Origin: Nitrospirota bacterium
GTDB taxonomy: Bacteria > Nitrospirota > UBA9217
Length of the DNA: 64,000 nt
Reading direction: 5' to 3'
Assembly (NCBI GenBank): GCA_963740085.1
Contig: CAVUCU010000004.1
Location: forward strand, 576,001 to 640,000
Shown here: piece after piece, positions 20,163 through 30,800 of the stretch
Numbering within the stretch: the first letter of the stretch is position 1
Layout of the letters: every line of letters starts with the position of its first letter
Program-made: the position numbers and the translations under genes
Notes under the pieces: generated by a model
Seen by the model: the letters and a program-made list of their open reading frames with translations, nothing else
What the model was told of the DNA's origin: nothing
Database searches by the model: none

Positions 20163-21695
20163 ATGACTCAATCAATCGGAAAAGTATATTTAATAGGCGC
20201 CGGCCCGGGTGACCCGGGTCTGATCACGGTCAAGGGACTGGAGTGCGTAAAAAAGGCTGATGTGATCATCTACGACTATCTTGCGAACGAGCGTTTGCTC
20301 GACCAGCGGCGGCCCGATGCGGAACTGATCTATGTCGGCAAACAGGGCGGCAGACACACGCTGCCCCAGGATGAGATCAACAGCCTGATCGTCAAAAAGG
20401 CGAAAGAGGGAAAGATCGTTGCCCGTTTAAAAGGGGGAGATCCTTTCATCTTCGGCAGGGGCGGGGAAGAGGCCGAGGACCTGGTAGACAGCAATATCCC
20501 CTTCGAAGTAATACCCGGCGTTACTGCCGCCACCGCGGTGCCGACCTATGCGGGCATCCCGCTGACCCATCGGGATTTTACCGCAAGCGTTGCGTTCGTG
20601 ACCGGACATGAGGACCCCACCAAACCGGAATCAAAGGTGCATTGGGACAAGATCTCGACAGGCATTGGTACGCTGGTGTTCTTTATGGGGATGAAGAACC
20701 TCCAGAACATTGTTGACAATCTAGTGTCTCACGGCAGGAACCCTGAAACGCCGGTAGCTGTCGTTCAGTGGGGCACCCGCACTGACCAGAGGGTCATAAC
20801 AGGAACGCTCAAAGACATCGTCCCGCGGGTCAAAGAAGGCAGGCTCGGGCCGCCTGCCATCATCATCGTAGGCGAGGTGGTGAACCTGAGGCAAAAACTG
20901 AACTGGTACGAGTCCAAACCGCTTTTCGGAAAACGGGTCGTGATCACGCGTTCGCGGGACCAGGCAAGCGTGTTTGCCGAGATGCTTATCGACCGCGGCG
21001 CGACGACCATTGAATTTCCCACGATCGATGTTGTTCCTCCCGCGAGCTGGGCCGAGCTGGACAGCGCCATCCAGACGATCGAATCGTATCAATGGATCAT
21101 ATTCACGAGCGCGAACGCGGTCAAATATTTCATGGACCGGCTTCGCGGACTGGGAAAGGACCTGCGCATACTCAAGGGAGTGAACATCTGCACGGTAGGG
21201 CCAAAGACTGCGGAGTTGCTTATGCAGTACGGCCTCAAGGCTGATCTGATACCCGCGGAGTTCAAGGCGGAAGGAGTCGTTGCCGCCCTCCTCGGCGGTC
21301 TCAATGTGAAAGGCCTGAAGATACTGGTCCCCCGGGCGAAGGCGGCACGCGAGATAATCCCGGACAAGCTCAGGGAACAGGGCGCCTCGGTGACCGTAGC
21401 GACCGCTTACGAGAACGTACGACCGACGGCGGATGTGGACAGGATAAAAAAACTGTTCGCGGAAAATAAAATATCCGCTTTGACCTTCACCAGCTCCTCG
21501 ACCGTGCACAATTTTGTTGAAATACTCGGACAAAAAGAGTATAAAACGTTTTTACAGGGTGTAACCGTGGCCTGCATCGGACCGGTAACGGCAAAGACCG
21601 CGAAGGAATACGGTATGAAAATAGATGTTATGCCGAAAGAATATACCATTCCTGCTCTCGTCGATGCGATGGTGGAATTTTTCAAAAAAGAATAA
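20163..21695 (+). CDS. cobA: Uroporphyrinogen-III C-methyltransferase / uroporphyrinogen-III synthase fusion (CobA-HemD)
   Basis: GAGPGDPGL, RLKGGDPFIFGRGGEE, then HemD-type FTSANAV, FTSSSTV, CIGPVT. Confidence 0.95.
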   Translation: MTQSIGKVYLIGAGPGDPGLITVKGLECVKKADVIIYDYLANERLLDQRRPDAELIYVGKQGGRHTLPQDEINSLIVKKAKEGKIVARLKGGDPFIFGRGGEEAEDLVDSNIPFEVIPGVTAATAVPTYAGIPLTHRDFTASVAFVTGHEDPTKPESKVHWDKISTGIGTLVFFMGMKNLQNIVDNLVSHGRNPETPVAVVQWGTRTDQRVITGTLKDIVPRVKEGRLGPPAIIIVGEVVNLRQKLNWYESKPLFGKRVVITRSRDQASVFAEMLIDRGATTIEFPTIDVVPPASWAELDSAIQTIESYQWIIFTSANAVKYFMDRLRGLGKDLRILKGVNICTVGPKTAELLMQYGLKADLIPAEFKAEGVVAALLGGLNVKGLKILVPRAKAAREIIPDKLREQGASVTVATAYENVRPTADVDRIKKLFAENKISALTFTSSSTVHNFVEILGQKEYKTFLQGVTVACIGPVTAKTAKEYGMKIDVMPKEYTIPALVDAMVEFFKKE

Positions 21696-21754
21696 GGTTT
21701 TTGATCGCACCCGACCCTGTGGCAAAGATGTTAACTAATCAAGAAGGAGACGTT

Positions 21755-22135
21755 ATGATAACCATTTCAGAAGTTGCAGCTGACAAGATCAAGGAGATAC
21801 TCGAGTCAGAGGGCGTACCCGGGCATGCGCTGCGCGTGACAGCGGCCGCCGGCGGATGCGGCTGCGGCCCATCCTATGAGATCATGATCGATGATAAGAC
21901 CGGCGACGGAGACACCGTGGTCGAGAAGAACGGAGCCAGACTTTTTGTCGATGCTTCGACCGCCATGAAGCTGGAGGGGGCCGAACTCGGCTTCATCAGC
22001 GATGAGCGCGGCGAGGGTTTTGCGATCGGATTTCCAAACGGCGCGCCGTCCGGCGGGAGCTGTGGCTGCGGCGGTGGCGAAGAGCCCAAGACGGGCGGCG
22101 GTGGATGCGGTTCAGGCGGCTGCGGCTGCAGTTAA
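21755..22135 (+). CDS. HesB/IscA family Fe-S cluster assembly accessory protein with Cys/Gly-rich tail
   Basis: ITISEVAADKIK, GGCGCGPSY, LFVD, SCGCG; SD AAGGAG. Confidence 0.85.
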   Translation: MITISEVAADKIKEILESEGVPGHALRVTAAAGGCGCGPSYEIMIDDKTGDGDTVVEKNGARLFVDASTAMKLEGAELGFISDERGEGFAIGFPNGAPSGGSCGCGGGEEPKTGGGGCGSGGCGCS

Positions 22136-22212
22136 GATTCGGACGATGTGAAGAGATGAAGGTGAGAACTGAAGCAAAGACAGCACAACTTCCCATCTCC
22201 CTAACTTCTTAA
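22136..22212. repeat. Degenerate palindrome of about 8-bp units
   Basis: ACGATGTG AAGAGATG AAGGTGAG ... AACTTCCC ATCTCCCT AACTTCTT. Confidence 0.4.
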
Positions 22213-22240
22213 CGTCAGGTTGTATAAGACAGGAGATCCC

Positions 22241-23215
22241 ATGTTCCAGCCAGTATACCGGCCGAGAAGGCTGCGCTCCAACGAGAACATACGTCGTATG
22301 GTGCGGGAGACGACACTTTCCCCCGATGATTTCATCTATCCGCTTTTTGTCACTCATGGCAAGGGAGTGAAGAAAGAGATCGGGGCCATGCCCGGGAACT
22401 ATCAGCAGTCCATTGACAATATCGTAAAGGACTGTGAAGAGGTGAAGAACCTGGGGATTCCGGCGGTGCTTCTCTTCGGCATCCCCGAGCACAAGGACGA
22501 GGTCGGCAGCGAGGCCTACTCCGACGAGGGTATCGTCCAGCACGCCATCAAGGCGATCAAGAACAAACTGCCTGAACTTGTCGTGATCACCGACGTCTGT
22601 CTCTGCGAATATACGAGCCACGGCCACTGCGGCCTGATCAAAAACGGAGTTGTTCAGAACGACGCCACGCTCGAACTGCTTGCCAGGGAGGCGCTTTCCC
22701 ATGCCAAGGCGGGTGCGGACATGGTCGCTCCGTCGGACATGATGGACGGCAGGGTCGCCGCCATCCGCGAGATACTTGACAGCGAATGTTTTTACGATGT
22801 TCCGATCATGTCCTATGCCGCGAAGTATGCTTCGAGCTTCTATGGCCCCTTCCGCGAAGCGGCTGAGTCTACTCCGCAGTTCGGCGATCGTCGATCGTAC
22901 CAGATGGACGCCCCGAACAGCCGTGAGGCCCTGCGAGAAGTATCCCTCGATATCGACGAAGGTGCGGACATCGTGATGGTGAAGCCCGCACTCGCCTATC
23001 TTGATATCATCTACCAGGTGAAACAGCAATTCAATCTGCCTGTCGCAGCCTATAACGTCAGTGGAGAATACTCCATGATAAAGGCCGCGGCAAAGCTCGG
23101 ATGGATCGATGGCGAACGCGCCATGATGGAGTCGCTTATTGCGATCAAACGTGCGGGCGCCGATATGATCCTGACTTATTTTGCCAAAGAGGCTGCAGCG
23201 TTATTGAATAAATAG
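22241..23215 (+). CDS. hemB: Porphobilinogen synthase (Zn-binding)
   Basis: [40 protein letters not shown]. Confidence 0.98.
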   Translation: MFQPVYRPRRLRSNENIRRMVRETTLSPDDFIYPLFVTHGKGVKKEIGAMPGNYQQSIDNIVKDCEEVKNLGIPAVLLFGIPEHKDEVGSEAYSDEGIVQHAIKAIKNKLPELVVITDVCLCEYTSHGHCGLIKNGVVQNDATLELLAREALSHAKAGADMVAPSDMMDGRVAAIREILDSECFYDVPIMSYAAKYASSFYGPFREAAESTPQFGDRRSYQMDAPNSREALREVSLDIDEGADIVMVKPALAYLDIIYQVKQQFNLPVAAYNVSGEYSMIKAAAKLGWIDGERAMMESLIAIKRAGADMILTYFAKEAAALLNK

Positions 23216-23218
23216 CGA

Positions 23219-23550
23219 ATGAAGGACTTTCACGGTGAGAAAATTTCCTTAACCTCTTCCTTTCCTATCAGAAGGATGGTTTCATCGTGTTGGCCGTATA
23301 CACAGACGATTCAGAGAAACCCGTCCAATCGTTCATCAGGAAAAAGGCGATAGCTTTTCCCGTGCTTATTGATAAGGACCAGGAGGTTTATTTCGACGAG
23401 TATGGGGTCATTGGTCTTCCAACAAGTTTTCTCATAGACCGGGATGGGCTTGTCAGAGAAAAGTTTCTTGGCGATCGGCCATGGGATGCCCCGGAAATGA
23501 AGGAGAAAACAGAAAAGTTGTTGTCAAAAAACAGGAAGAAGGGGAAATGA
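23219..23550 (+). pseudogene. TlpA/ResA thiol-disulfide oxidoreductase remnant lacking the CXXC region
   Basis: MKDFHGEKISL in one frame, then NLFLSYQKDGFIVLAV...YGVIGLPTSFLIDRDG...GDRPW in another; no WCxxC. Confidence 0.65.
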
Positions 23551-23681
23551 GGACCTGGCTATAAAGCTCAGCTTGCTCCCGGTACAACCACAACTCTCCG
23601 CGCAGATTATTACCTCCATCGCAACTCATTGCCTCACATCCGATCAAGGTCATAAACCCAAAAATATAACGATCAATACAA

Positions 23682-23813
23682 GATGAAGCCGTAAAAGTTG
23701 AAGAACTCCCTACTTGTCATTTCGAACGAAGTGAGAAATCTTGTTTTTCCGGTCGGTTGAAAGATCCCTCTCTCCGTTCGGGATGACACTTTCTGACTTT
23801 TTACGAGACCATC
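23682..23813. repeat. Compound REP/MITE-like palindromic element
   Basis: Outer imperfect IR GATGAAGCCGTAAAAGT / ACTTTTTACGAGACCATC; inner TGTCATTTCGAACG...AAATCT / AGATCCCTC...CGTTCGGGATGACA. Confidence 0.7.
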
Positions 23814-23825
23814 TCACAAGAAGGT

Positions 23826-24623
23826 TTAAGAGACCTTTCCTGGATTTTGTCTGTGCTCATGATTTAATATATGGTCCTTGCAGTAGCCAAGCCCGCCGCA
23901 CTCGGGGCAGTAACGAAATTCCATCTGAGGATGCGATAGATCGGTAATGCCGCAGGTAGCGCACGTATGGAATGCTTCCTTCTTTCCCGTGAACTGTCTC
24001 GCCTGGGCTGCCATGACCCGCTTGCCGGTCTTCATTCTCCACGCGATATCTCTTCCAAAGAACAGGAGGAAGTTGCTGATCGAGGCGAGCACGAAGAGCC
24101 GCGTTGACCAGGACCCGAACAGGACCTCATAAGCATAGCCGATCCACGTGAGAAGCGCCAGCCATTTGATCTTGACCGGGAGGATAAACAAGATATAAAG
24201 CTGGAAATCCGGATACAGGAAGGCGAAGGCCAGGAACACTGAACCGCCGATGAACACGTTCGTTGCCGGATACATGGGCAAGATGAAAGACACTGCCACG
24301 GTGATAACGTAACCGATAAGAAGAAAAAGGTTGTAACGGAATGCCCCCCAGTGGCCTTCGAGGGCGCTCCCCATGAGATAGAACAGGTACCAGGCGAAAA
24401 ATGCGAATATCGGGTTGGTCATTGGGGGGATGAATATGAACGTGAGCAGTCTCCACCACTCGCCCGCAAGAACAAGATACGGGATAAGCACCACACGATC
24501 GAGGATGAACCTGCCCGACAGGGCGAAAACGAAAAAGAGCACCTGGCCGAGGATAAGGTAGACGGTCAGGTTTTGAACGGCGTAACGCCGGAATTTTCTT
24601 TCGAGCTTTTCAAGCATGTTCAT
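23826..24623 (-). CDS. Rhomboid-like membrane protein with C-terminal Cys/His zinc finger
   Basis: GEWWRLLTFIF, multiple TMs, HTCATCG...CPEC...CKDH; SD GGGAG before ATG 24623. Confidence 0.8.
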   Translation of the reverse strand: MNMLEKLERKFRRYAVQNLTVYLILGQVLFFVFALSGRFILDRVVLIPYLVLAGEWWRLLTFIFIPPMTNPIFAFFAWYLFYLMGSALEGHWGAFRYNLFLLIGYVITVAVSFILPMYPATNVFIGGSVFLAFAFLYPDFQLYILFILPVKIKWLALLTWIGYAYEVLFGSWSTRLFVLASISNFLLFFGRDIAWRMKTGKRVMAAQARQFTGKKEAFHTCATCGITDLSHPQMEFRYCPECGGLGYCKDHILNHEHRQNPGKVS

Positions 24624-24640
24624 GAATAACTCCCTGACCT

Positions 24641-24760
24641 GACAAGCCGGAACAAATATCAATTCAAATTTACCACGGATGGACACTAATGAACACAAAT
24701 AAAAAAATCAAGATTGAGTCCCTATTTATTCCATCAGTGTCAATTCGTGTTAATCCGTGG
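24641..24760. repeat. Palindrome of about 9-bp units with conserved flanking motif
   Basis: GACAAGCCGGAACAAATATC then CCACGGATGGACACTAATGAACAC ... ATCAGTGTCAATTCGTGTTAATCCGTGG. Confidence 0.7.
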
Positions 24761-24837
24761 CAAAACAGCTTTTAGATTTTTTTGCCATGTTAAGCAGAAT
24801 TTGATCCGTAGTAATTACTCGAGGTATCCCACCGTCA

Positions 24838-25509
24838 TCAGGTGGTAATTGGTTCTCCGTTCAACTGTGTCAGATGACCTGCACTATCGAACTCGGCGCT
24901 CAACCGCTCGCCCGTGTCGAGGTCGCCGGTGACTGTGGAGCCGTTTACTGCAAGGGGGATGCCTCTTGTCCGGAGATAGGAAAGAAGCGCATTCCGGTGA
25001 TTAATTTCATATCGGGAGATCAGTTCAAGGAACCGGCGTGATAAGCGCGACAGGTCAAAGAAGGGCTGCGCGTCGATCAATTTGTCATAGAGCAGGAGAA
25101 ATGCCGATCCACCTTCGTATGCGTCCCGGAGATAGCAGCTCGCCTTGCAGAGTTCGCAGGCGATCATCGAAAGCATGTGGCCATCAGCTTGGTGAAGGTC
25201 AACGGCAGGGAGGGTAAATTCCGGAACACCTTCATGCGATCCCCAGTCCCGGAGGTCACGGGATGCTTTGAGCAGATCCACCGGGACCTCCTCTGTCTGC
25301 TCGTCAGCCCAAGCCCAGAGCCACATGAGCGTGTTGTCTGATTCCGTGCCGAGTACCTGAAAGGTAACATCGAGGTTGTCGTTGAAGCGTATCTTCCCGG
25401 CATCAAGATCGAGACAATAGGTGTGTTCACCGAACAGGAGGTCCATCTTGTCCTGTTTTTCGAGCGAGAGAAGGGCGAACTGTTCGAGGTATTCCGTAAG
25501 CTTGGCCAT
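24838..25509 (-). CDS. Hypothetical protein (DUF6882-like)
   Basis: DLDAGKIRF, QVLGTES, WLWAWAD motif pattern. Confidence 0.65.
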   Translation of the reverse strand: MAKLTEYLEQFALLSLEKQDKMDLLFGEHTYCLDLDAGKIRFNDNLDVTFQVLGTESDNTLMWLWAWADEQTEEVPVDLLKASRDLRDWGSHEGVPEFTLPAVDLHQADGHMLSMIACELCKASCYLRDAYEGGSAFLLLYDKLIDAQPFFDLSRLSRRFLELISRYEINHRNALLSYLRTRGIPLAVNGSTVTGDLDTGERLSAEFDSAGHLTQLNGEPITT

Positions 25510-25645
25510 GATCCACCGAATGGCGACAATAGAATGGATTTACTATACTGTTATTCATTCTTTTTTGCAAGAGCGACTAATGAATACAAATAAAATACAA
25601 ATAAAATAATTGCATTTGCGAACAACATGGAGTATCCTATGTACC

Positions 25646-27088
25646 ATGAAAATGAGAACGCATGGCCTGTCATATCCTGCAATTATACTGGCATTTCTCC
25701 TGGTCAGTTGTTCCGCACACACCTCACCGGAAAAGGCGGCGCAACAAATCGAAAGCATCCAGTCACCGAGTGCGGGAAATGGTGCGGGCACACTGCTTGA
25801 TCAGGCGGACCTTGTTCCCGATCAAAACGTCGATGAGGCTGATGACGGGGAAGACTCAGCCCAGGATGAGACAAGGAACGGGAACGCTGCGCCAGTAGAG
25901 GAGAACCCACTCGACACGGCACTTGAACTTACCGCGACCTCCCAGGACCTCTGGGAAGCGGGAGATGCCGGGAAGGCCATCGATGCTCTGGATCAGGCAT
26001 ACGCGCTCATCTTGAAAGCACCTGCGGACGCTGAGGGAAAGGACAGCCAGCAAAAGGACGATTTGCGGTACCTGATCTCCAAGAGGCTCATGGAGATCTA
26101 CACGTCGCGTCTCAACTCGGTGAACGGCATTCACAATGAGATTCCTCTTGTCATGAATGAGCATGTAGCGAGCGAGATCAAGCTTTTCCAGACCATGGAA
26201 CGTGATTTCTTTATAGAATCGTACAAGCGCTCTGGCAGATACCGGGAGGAAATGGTCAAGGCATTCCGTGAAGCTGGCATTCCCGAGGAGATCACGTGGC
26301 TCCCCTTGATAGAGAGCGGATTTAAGGTGCGCGCCATGTCCCGTGCACGGGCACTGGGTCTGTGGCAGTTCATCCCCTCAACAGGCTATAAGTTTGGCCT
26401 CAAGCGCGATGCCTGGATCGATGAGCGGTTAGATCCGGGAAAGGCCACAGCGGCGTCCATTGCCTATTTAAAGGAATTGCATCAGATGTTCGGCGACTGG
26501 GCCACGGTGCTTGCAGCGTATAACTGTGGTGAAGGGAACGTGCTGCGCGCCATCCGGAGACAAAAAATCGATTACCTCGATAATTTCTGGGATCTCTACC
26601 AACGTCTGCCGCGAGAGACCGCCCGGTATTATCCGCGGTTCCTGGCGGTCCTTACGATCCTTAAGGACCCTGCAAAATACGGATTCACCCTTGATGAGCT
26701 GGAGAAGCCGGCCGCTTACGAAGTGGTCACCATTGAAAAACCGGTCCATTTAAAAAAGATCGCGGAAAAGACGGGGTGCTCCGATGAAGAACTTGCAAAC
26801 CTGAATCCCGAACTTCGAAATCGAGCCACCCCTGCCGAGCCGTACGAGCTCAAAGTGCCGGTTGGGAAAAAGGAAGCTGTTCTCGCCTGCGTGGATACTC
26901 TGCCAAAATGGTCTCCACCCCAAATGGACTATGTGGTCCATCGGGTGCGGAGAGGGGAGACGCTCTCCAGAATCGCCATGCACTATCGCACGAGTGTCAA
27001 ACGGATCATCGAATTGAACAACCTGCGGCGGGGAAAGCTGATCAGCATCGGCCAGCGATTGAAAATACCTGTTCGCAAAACCAGCTAG
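25646..27088 (+). CDS. mltD: MltD-like lytic transglycosylase lipoprotein with LysM
   Basis: Lipobox LVSC, LIESG, GLWQFIPSTG, AAYNCG, C-terminal LysM VRRGETLSRIA. Confidence 0.9.
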   Translation: MKMRTHGLSYPAIILAFLLVSCSAHTSPEKAAQQIESIQSPSAGNGAGTLLDQADLVPDQNVDEADDGEDSAQDETRNGNAAPVEENPLDTALELTATSQDLWEAGDAGKAIDALDQAYALILKAPADAEGKDSQQKDDLRYLISKRLMEIYTSRLNSVNGIHNEIPLVMNEHVASEIKLFQTMERDFFIESYKRSGRYREEMVKAFREAGIPEEITWLPLIESGFKVRAMSRARALGLWQFIPSTGYKFGLKRDAWIDERLDPGKATAASIAYLKELHQMFGDWATVLAAYNCGEGNVLRAIRRQKIDYLDNFWDLYQRLPRETARYYPRFLAVLTILKDPAKYGFTLDELEKPAAYEVVTIEKPVHLKKIAEKTGCSDEELANLNPELRNRATPAEPYELKVPVGKKEAVLACVDTLPKWSPPQMDYVVHRVRRGETLSRIAMHYRTSVKRIIELNNLRRGKLISIGQRLKIPVRKTS

Positions 27089-27534
27089 ATATTTTCCAGT
27101 TCAGCGATCCGCTTCCTTATCTCTTCAGTGATAGCGGTCTTCTTTCCTTCGCGATAATTATACATCACCACCACACCATCGCCCTCCGCTGCGATCTTCC
27201 CGTGACGACGGCTCACCACTACGTATTTCATCGAGAAACGATCCTCCTCAACGCCAACGATCTTTGCCCCAACAGAGACGGTATCGGGATATGTGAGGGG
27301 TAATTTGTATTTACAGCTCGTTGAGGCAAGGATGGGGCCGATGCCGGTCTCGTCTTTCATCTTGTGCAGTCCGAGCTTCTCGGAGTAAAGAATGCGCGCG
27401 CTCTCGAAGTAGCGGAAGTAAACGATGTTGTTCACGTGTTGGAAAGAGTCCATTTCTCCCCAGGCAACGGGAATTTCAATTACAACGGGATAGCCTTCTA
27501 AAAAATTGTTGTCCATATTTTTTTGCATGATCAT
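27085..27534 (-). CDS. Acyl-CoA thioesterase (hotdog fold)
   Basis: WGEMDSFQHVNNIVYFRYFESAR; start uncertain. Confidence 0.9.
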   Translation of the reverse strand: MIMQKNMDNNFLEGYPVVIEIPVAWGEMDSFQHVNNIVYFRYFESARILYSEKLGLHKMKDETGIGPILASTSCKYKLPLTYPDTVSVGAKIVGVEEDRFSMKYVVVSRRHGKIAAEGDGVVVMYNYREGKKTAITEEIRKRIAELENI

Positions 27535-27594
27535 TCTCTTTTACTTTTCACCGGCTTCGTTTTGTTCTGTGACTTGGCAAGCTTCGTCTCGGTT

Positions 27595-27741
27595 TCATTT
27601 TTGTATGATATATCTCTTCTTCCCGATTATTTCTGACTTTAACCAATCCTCCAAATCATGTCCATGCACCTTCCCTCTTTTTTCAAAGAGGTCATAGGCA
27701 ACCTTGGCGACTTCATCATAGAAATTATCAAGCTGGTTCAT
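27595..27741 (-). CDS. DUF2934-like small protein
   Basis: VAKVAYDLFEKRGKVHGHDLEDWLKSE; SD AGGAGG. Confidence 0.8.
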   Translation of the reverse strand: MNQLDNFYDEVAKVAYDLFEKRGKVHGHDLEDWLKSEIIGKKRYIIQK

Positions 27742-27880
27742 CCGGCGCCTCCTGTTAAATGGCAATCCTTCATCTTCACCCCGCCGTGGTTTGCTTGTGT
27801 GGCTTAGAACCATAATAGCCGAGTGAAAGAAAACCTTCAAGGCAAAAAAAGAAAATAAGCGCGGCGGATAAAAGAAAGGG

Positions 27881-30800
27881 TCAGATAAGCGAGACAACGC
27901 CGGCGCCGAGCACGGACTCGATCTCGGTGATGAGCTGCTCGTTGGGGTTGACCCGGATGTCGCGGCCCACGGAAATAAGGGATTCCTTACGAACGGGGTT
28001 CTGGAGGCGGAAATAGACGGGGATGGAACCCTGGTAACGGAGAAGGATGTCCTTGACCTTCAGGAGGTCGTCCTGCGTCATACCGGTGGAGTTCAGCTTG
28101 ATGTCCATCCTGGTGGTGCCTTTTTTCTTCACCTCCGTGAGGAGATGGAGGCGCATGGCCTTGATCTTGTTGCCCTGTTCGCTCTTGTCGAGCTGGCCCG
28201 CCACGATAAGCGGCGTGTCGGTCAGCAGCATATGCTGCGCGGTCCTGTAAAGGTCAGGGAAGATGATGACCTCAATGGTTCCGAAGAGGTCTTCGAAACT
28301 CAGGATCGCCATTTTCTCGTTCTTCTTCGTCATCTTCGGTTTAAGCCCCGCGATGACCCCGCAGATGGTCACTTCCCTGCCGTCCGGGATGGTCTCGAGC
28401 GTTTCCGTGGTTGCCGTGGCGTAGCGCTTGATGTCCGCCTCGAAGGCCGCCAGGGGATGGCCGCTGATATAGAACCCCACGCTTTCTTTCTCGTAGGCCA
28501 GAAGCCGGCCCTCCTTCCACTCAGGGACGTCAGGGAGGGCGATCTCCTTGTGGCCTTCCATGGAATCAAAGATGCTGAACTGTCCAATGGCCTCCTGCTC
28601 CTGGTGTTTGCCGCCCTGGTCGATGAGCATGTCGAGACCGTCCATCATCTGAGCCCTGCGTGCGCCGGTATCGTCAAAGGCCCCGCACTTGATGAGCGCC
28701 TCGATCACCCGGTGGTTAACTCTGCGCTGGTCTACCTTCTGGCAGAAATCCGCGAGGGACGTGAAAGGGCCTTTTGCCTGTCGCCCTTCGACGATCGCCT
28801 CAATTGCGGAGAGGCCCACATTCTTGACCGCGGCCAGGCCGAAGCGAATGGACCCGATCGTGCTGCCGGGTTCCACCTCATCGCGGTCGTGCGAATCCGT
28901 CACGGTAAAGTCCCACATGCTCTGGTTCACGTCCGGTGGCAGGATGTTGATGCTCATCTGTCGCACTTCGTTGATATACTTCACCACCTTGTCCGTGTCC
29001 TGGACCTCGCTCGTGAGCAGCGCAGCCATGTACTCTACGGGAAAATGGTACTTCAAGTATGCGGTCTGATAAGAAACGAGGGCGTAGGCCGCGCTGTGGG
29101 ACTTGTTGAATCCGTACTCCGCGAACTTGGCCATGAGGTCGAAGATCGCCTCAGCCTTTTTCAGGTTGATTTTCTGTTTTTCCGCGCCTTTGAGGAATGG
29201 CACCTTTTCCTTGGCCATGACCTCGGGGTCTTTCTTTCCCATGGAACGACGCAGCAGGTCAGCGCCGCCGAGAGAATAGCCCGCCAGGGTGCGGGCGATC
29301 TGCATCACCTGTTCCTGATAAACGATGACACCGTAGGTCTCTTTGAGTATCGGTTCGAGCGCGGGCAGTTCGTAAGTTATCTTCGTAGCGCCTTTTTTCC
29401 TTTTAATGAAGTCGTCCACCATACCGCTCCCGAGAGGTCCCGGCCGGTAGAGGGCCACGAGAGCAATGATATCTTCGAAGCATTGAGGCTTCATCTTGAT
29501 AACGATATCGCGCATGCCTGAGGACTCGAGCTGAAAGATGCCCGCTGTCTCTCCGCGCGACAGGAGTTCAAAGGTCTTTGCATCATCCAGGGGGATGCGG
29601 GAGATGTCGAACCGTTCAGCGTGCTCCAGAGGGGCCTTGGAAAGCCGCAGGTTGATCGTCTTGACGGCCTTGTCGATGACCGTAAGTGTGCGCAGACCGA
29701 GAAAGTCGAATTTTACGAGACCTATCTTTTCGACACCTTTCATATCGAACTGGGTGATGATCTCGTCCTTTGGCGTCTTGAAGAGAGGGAGATATTCTGT
29801 GAGCGGTTCCTGAGAGATCACGACTCCCGCCGCGTGTTTCGATGCATGCCTGACCTGGCCTTCGAGGTGGAGCGCGATCTCGATCAGTTCGGCCATGCGC
29901 GGGTCCTTCTTGAGCTCTTTGAGCTTTGGCTCCTGCTCCATGGCCTTTTCCAGTGTTATGCCAAGGGTGTTCGGCACGAGCTTGGCGACCTTGTCCACTT
30001 CGGCGTAAGGAATATCGAGCACCCTCCCGACATCGCGGATCACCCCCTTGGCAAGCATGGTTCCGTAGGTGATGATCTGGGTAACATGGTCCTGCCCGTA
30101 CTTTTCGGTAACGTACTTCAACACCTCGTCACGGCGGTCCATGCAGAAGTCCACGTCGATGTCCGGCATGCTGATGCGCTCGGGGTTGAGAAACCGTTCG
30201 AACAGCAGGTTGTAGGGGATGGGGTCGAGGTCCGTTATCCTGAGGCTGTATGCCACGAGACTTCCGGCCGCGGAGCCCCGGCCCGGGCCCACGGGGATGT
30301 CCTTTTCCCTGGCATAACGGATAAAGTCCCAGACGATCAGAAAATATCCGGCAAAGCCCATCTTGCCGAGCATCTCGATCTCGAATTCCAGTCTTTTTTT
30401 ATACGCCTCGCGGTCAATGCTGCCGGGGCCGCGCACTGCCTCGATCTCCGCGAACCGTTCTTCGAGCCCCTTGCGGCTGAGGTCAGCCATGTAGGATTCA
30501 CGCGTGGTGCCTTCAGGGACGGGGAAGTGGGGGAGGTGATACTTGCCAAGTTCAAGTTCCAGGTTGCAACGTTCGGCAATGGCCACCGTGTTCGAGATCG
30601 CTTCGGGCACGTCTGCAAAGGACTTTTTCATCTCCTCGGGCGTCTTCACGTAGAAGGTCTCGGAGGCGAACTTCATCCGGTTCGCGTCTTTTACTGTTTT
30701 TCCGGTTTGGATGCAGAGAAGGGCATCGTGAGACTTGTGGTCCTCCCTGTTCAGGTAATGGCAGTCGTTTGTTGCCACCACAGGGATCCCGGTATCGGTC

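Noticed and set aside
27745-27815. c-di-GMP-I riboswitch-like GCAAACC upstream of the DUF2934-like gene
   Set aside because: No GNRA stem, GACGCAAAG or second hairpin
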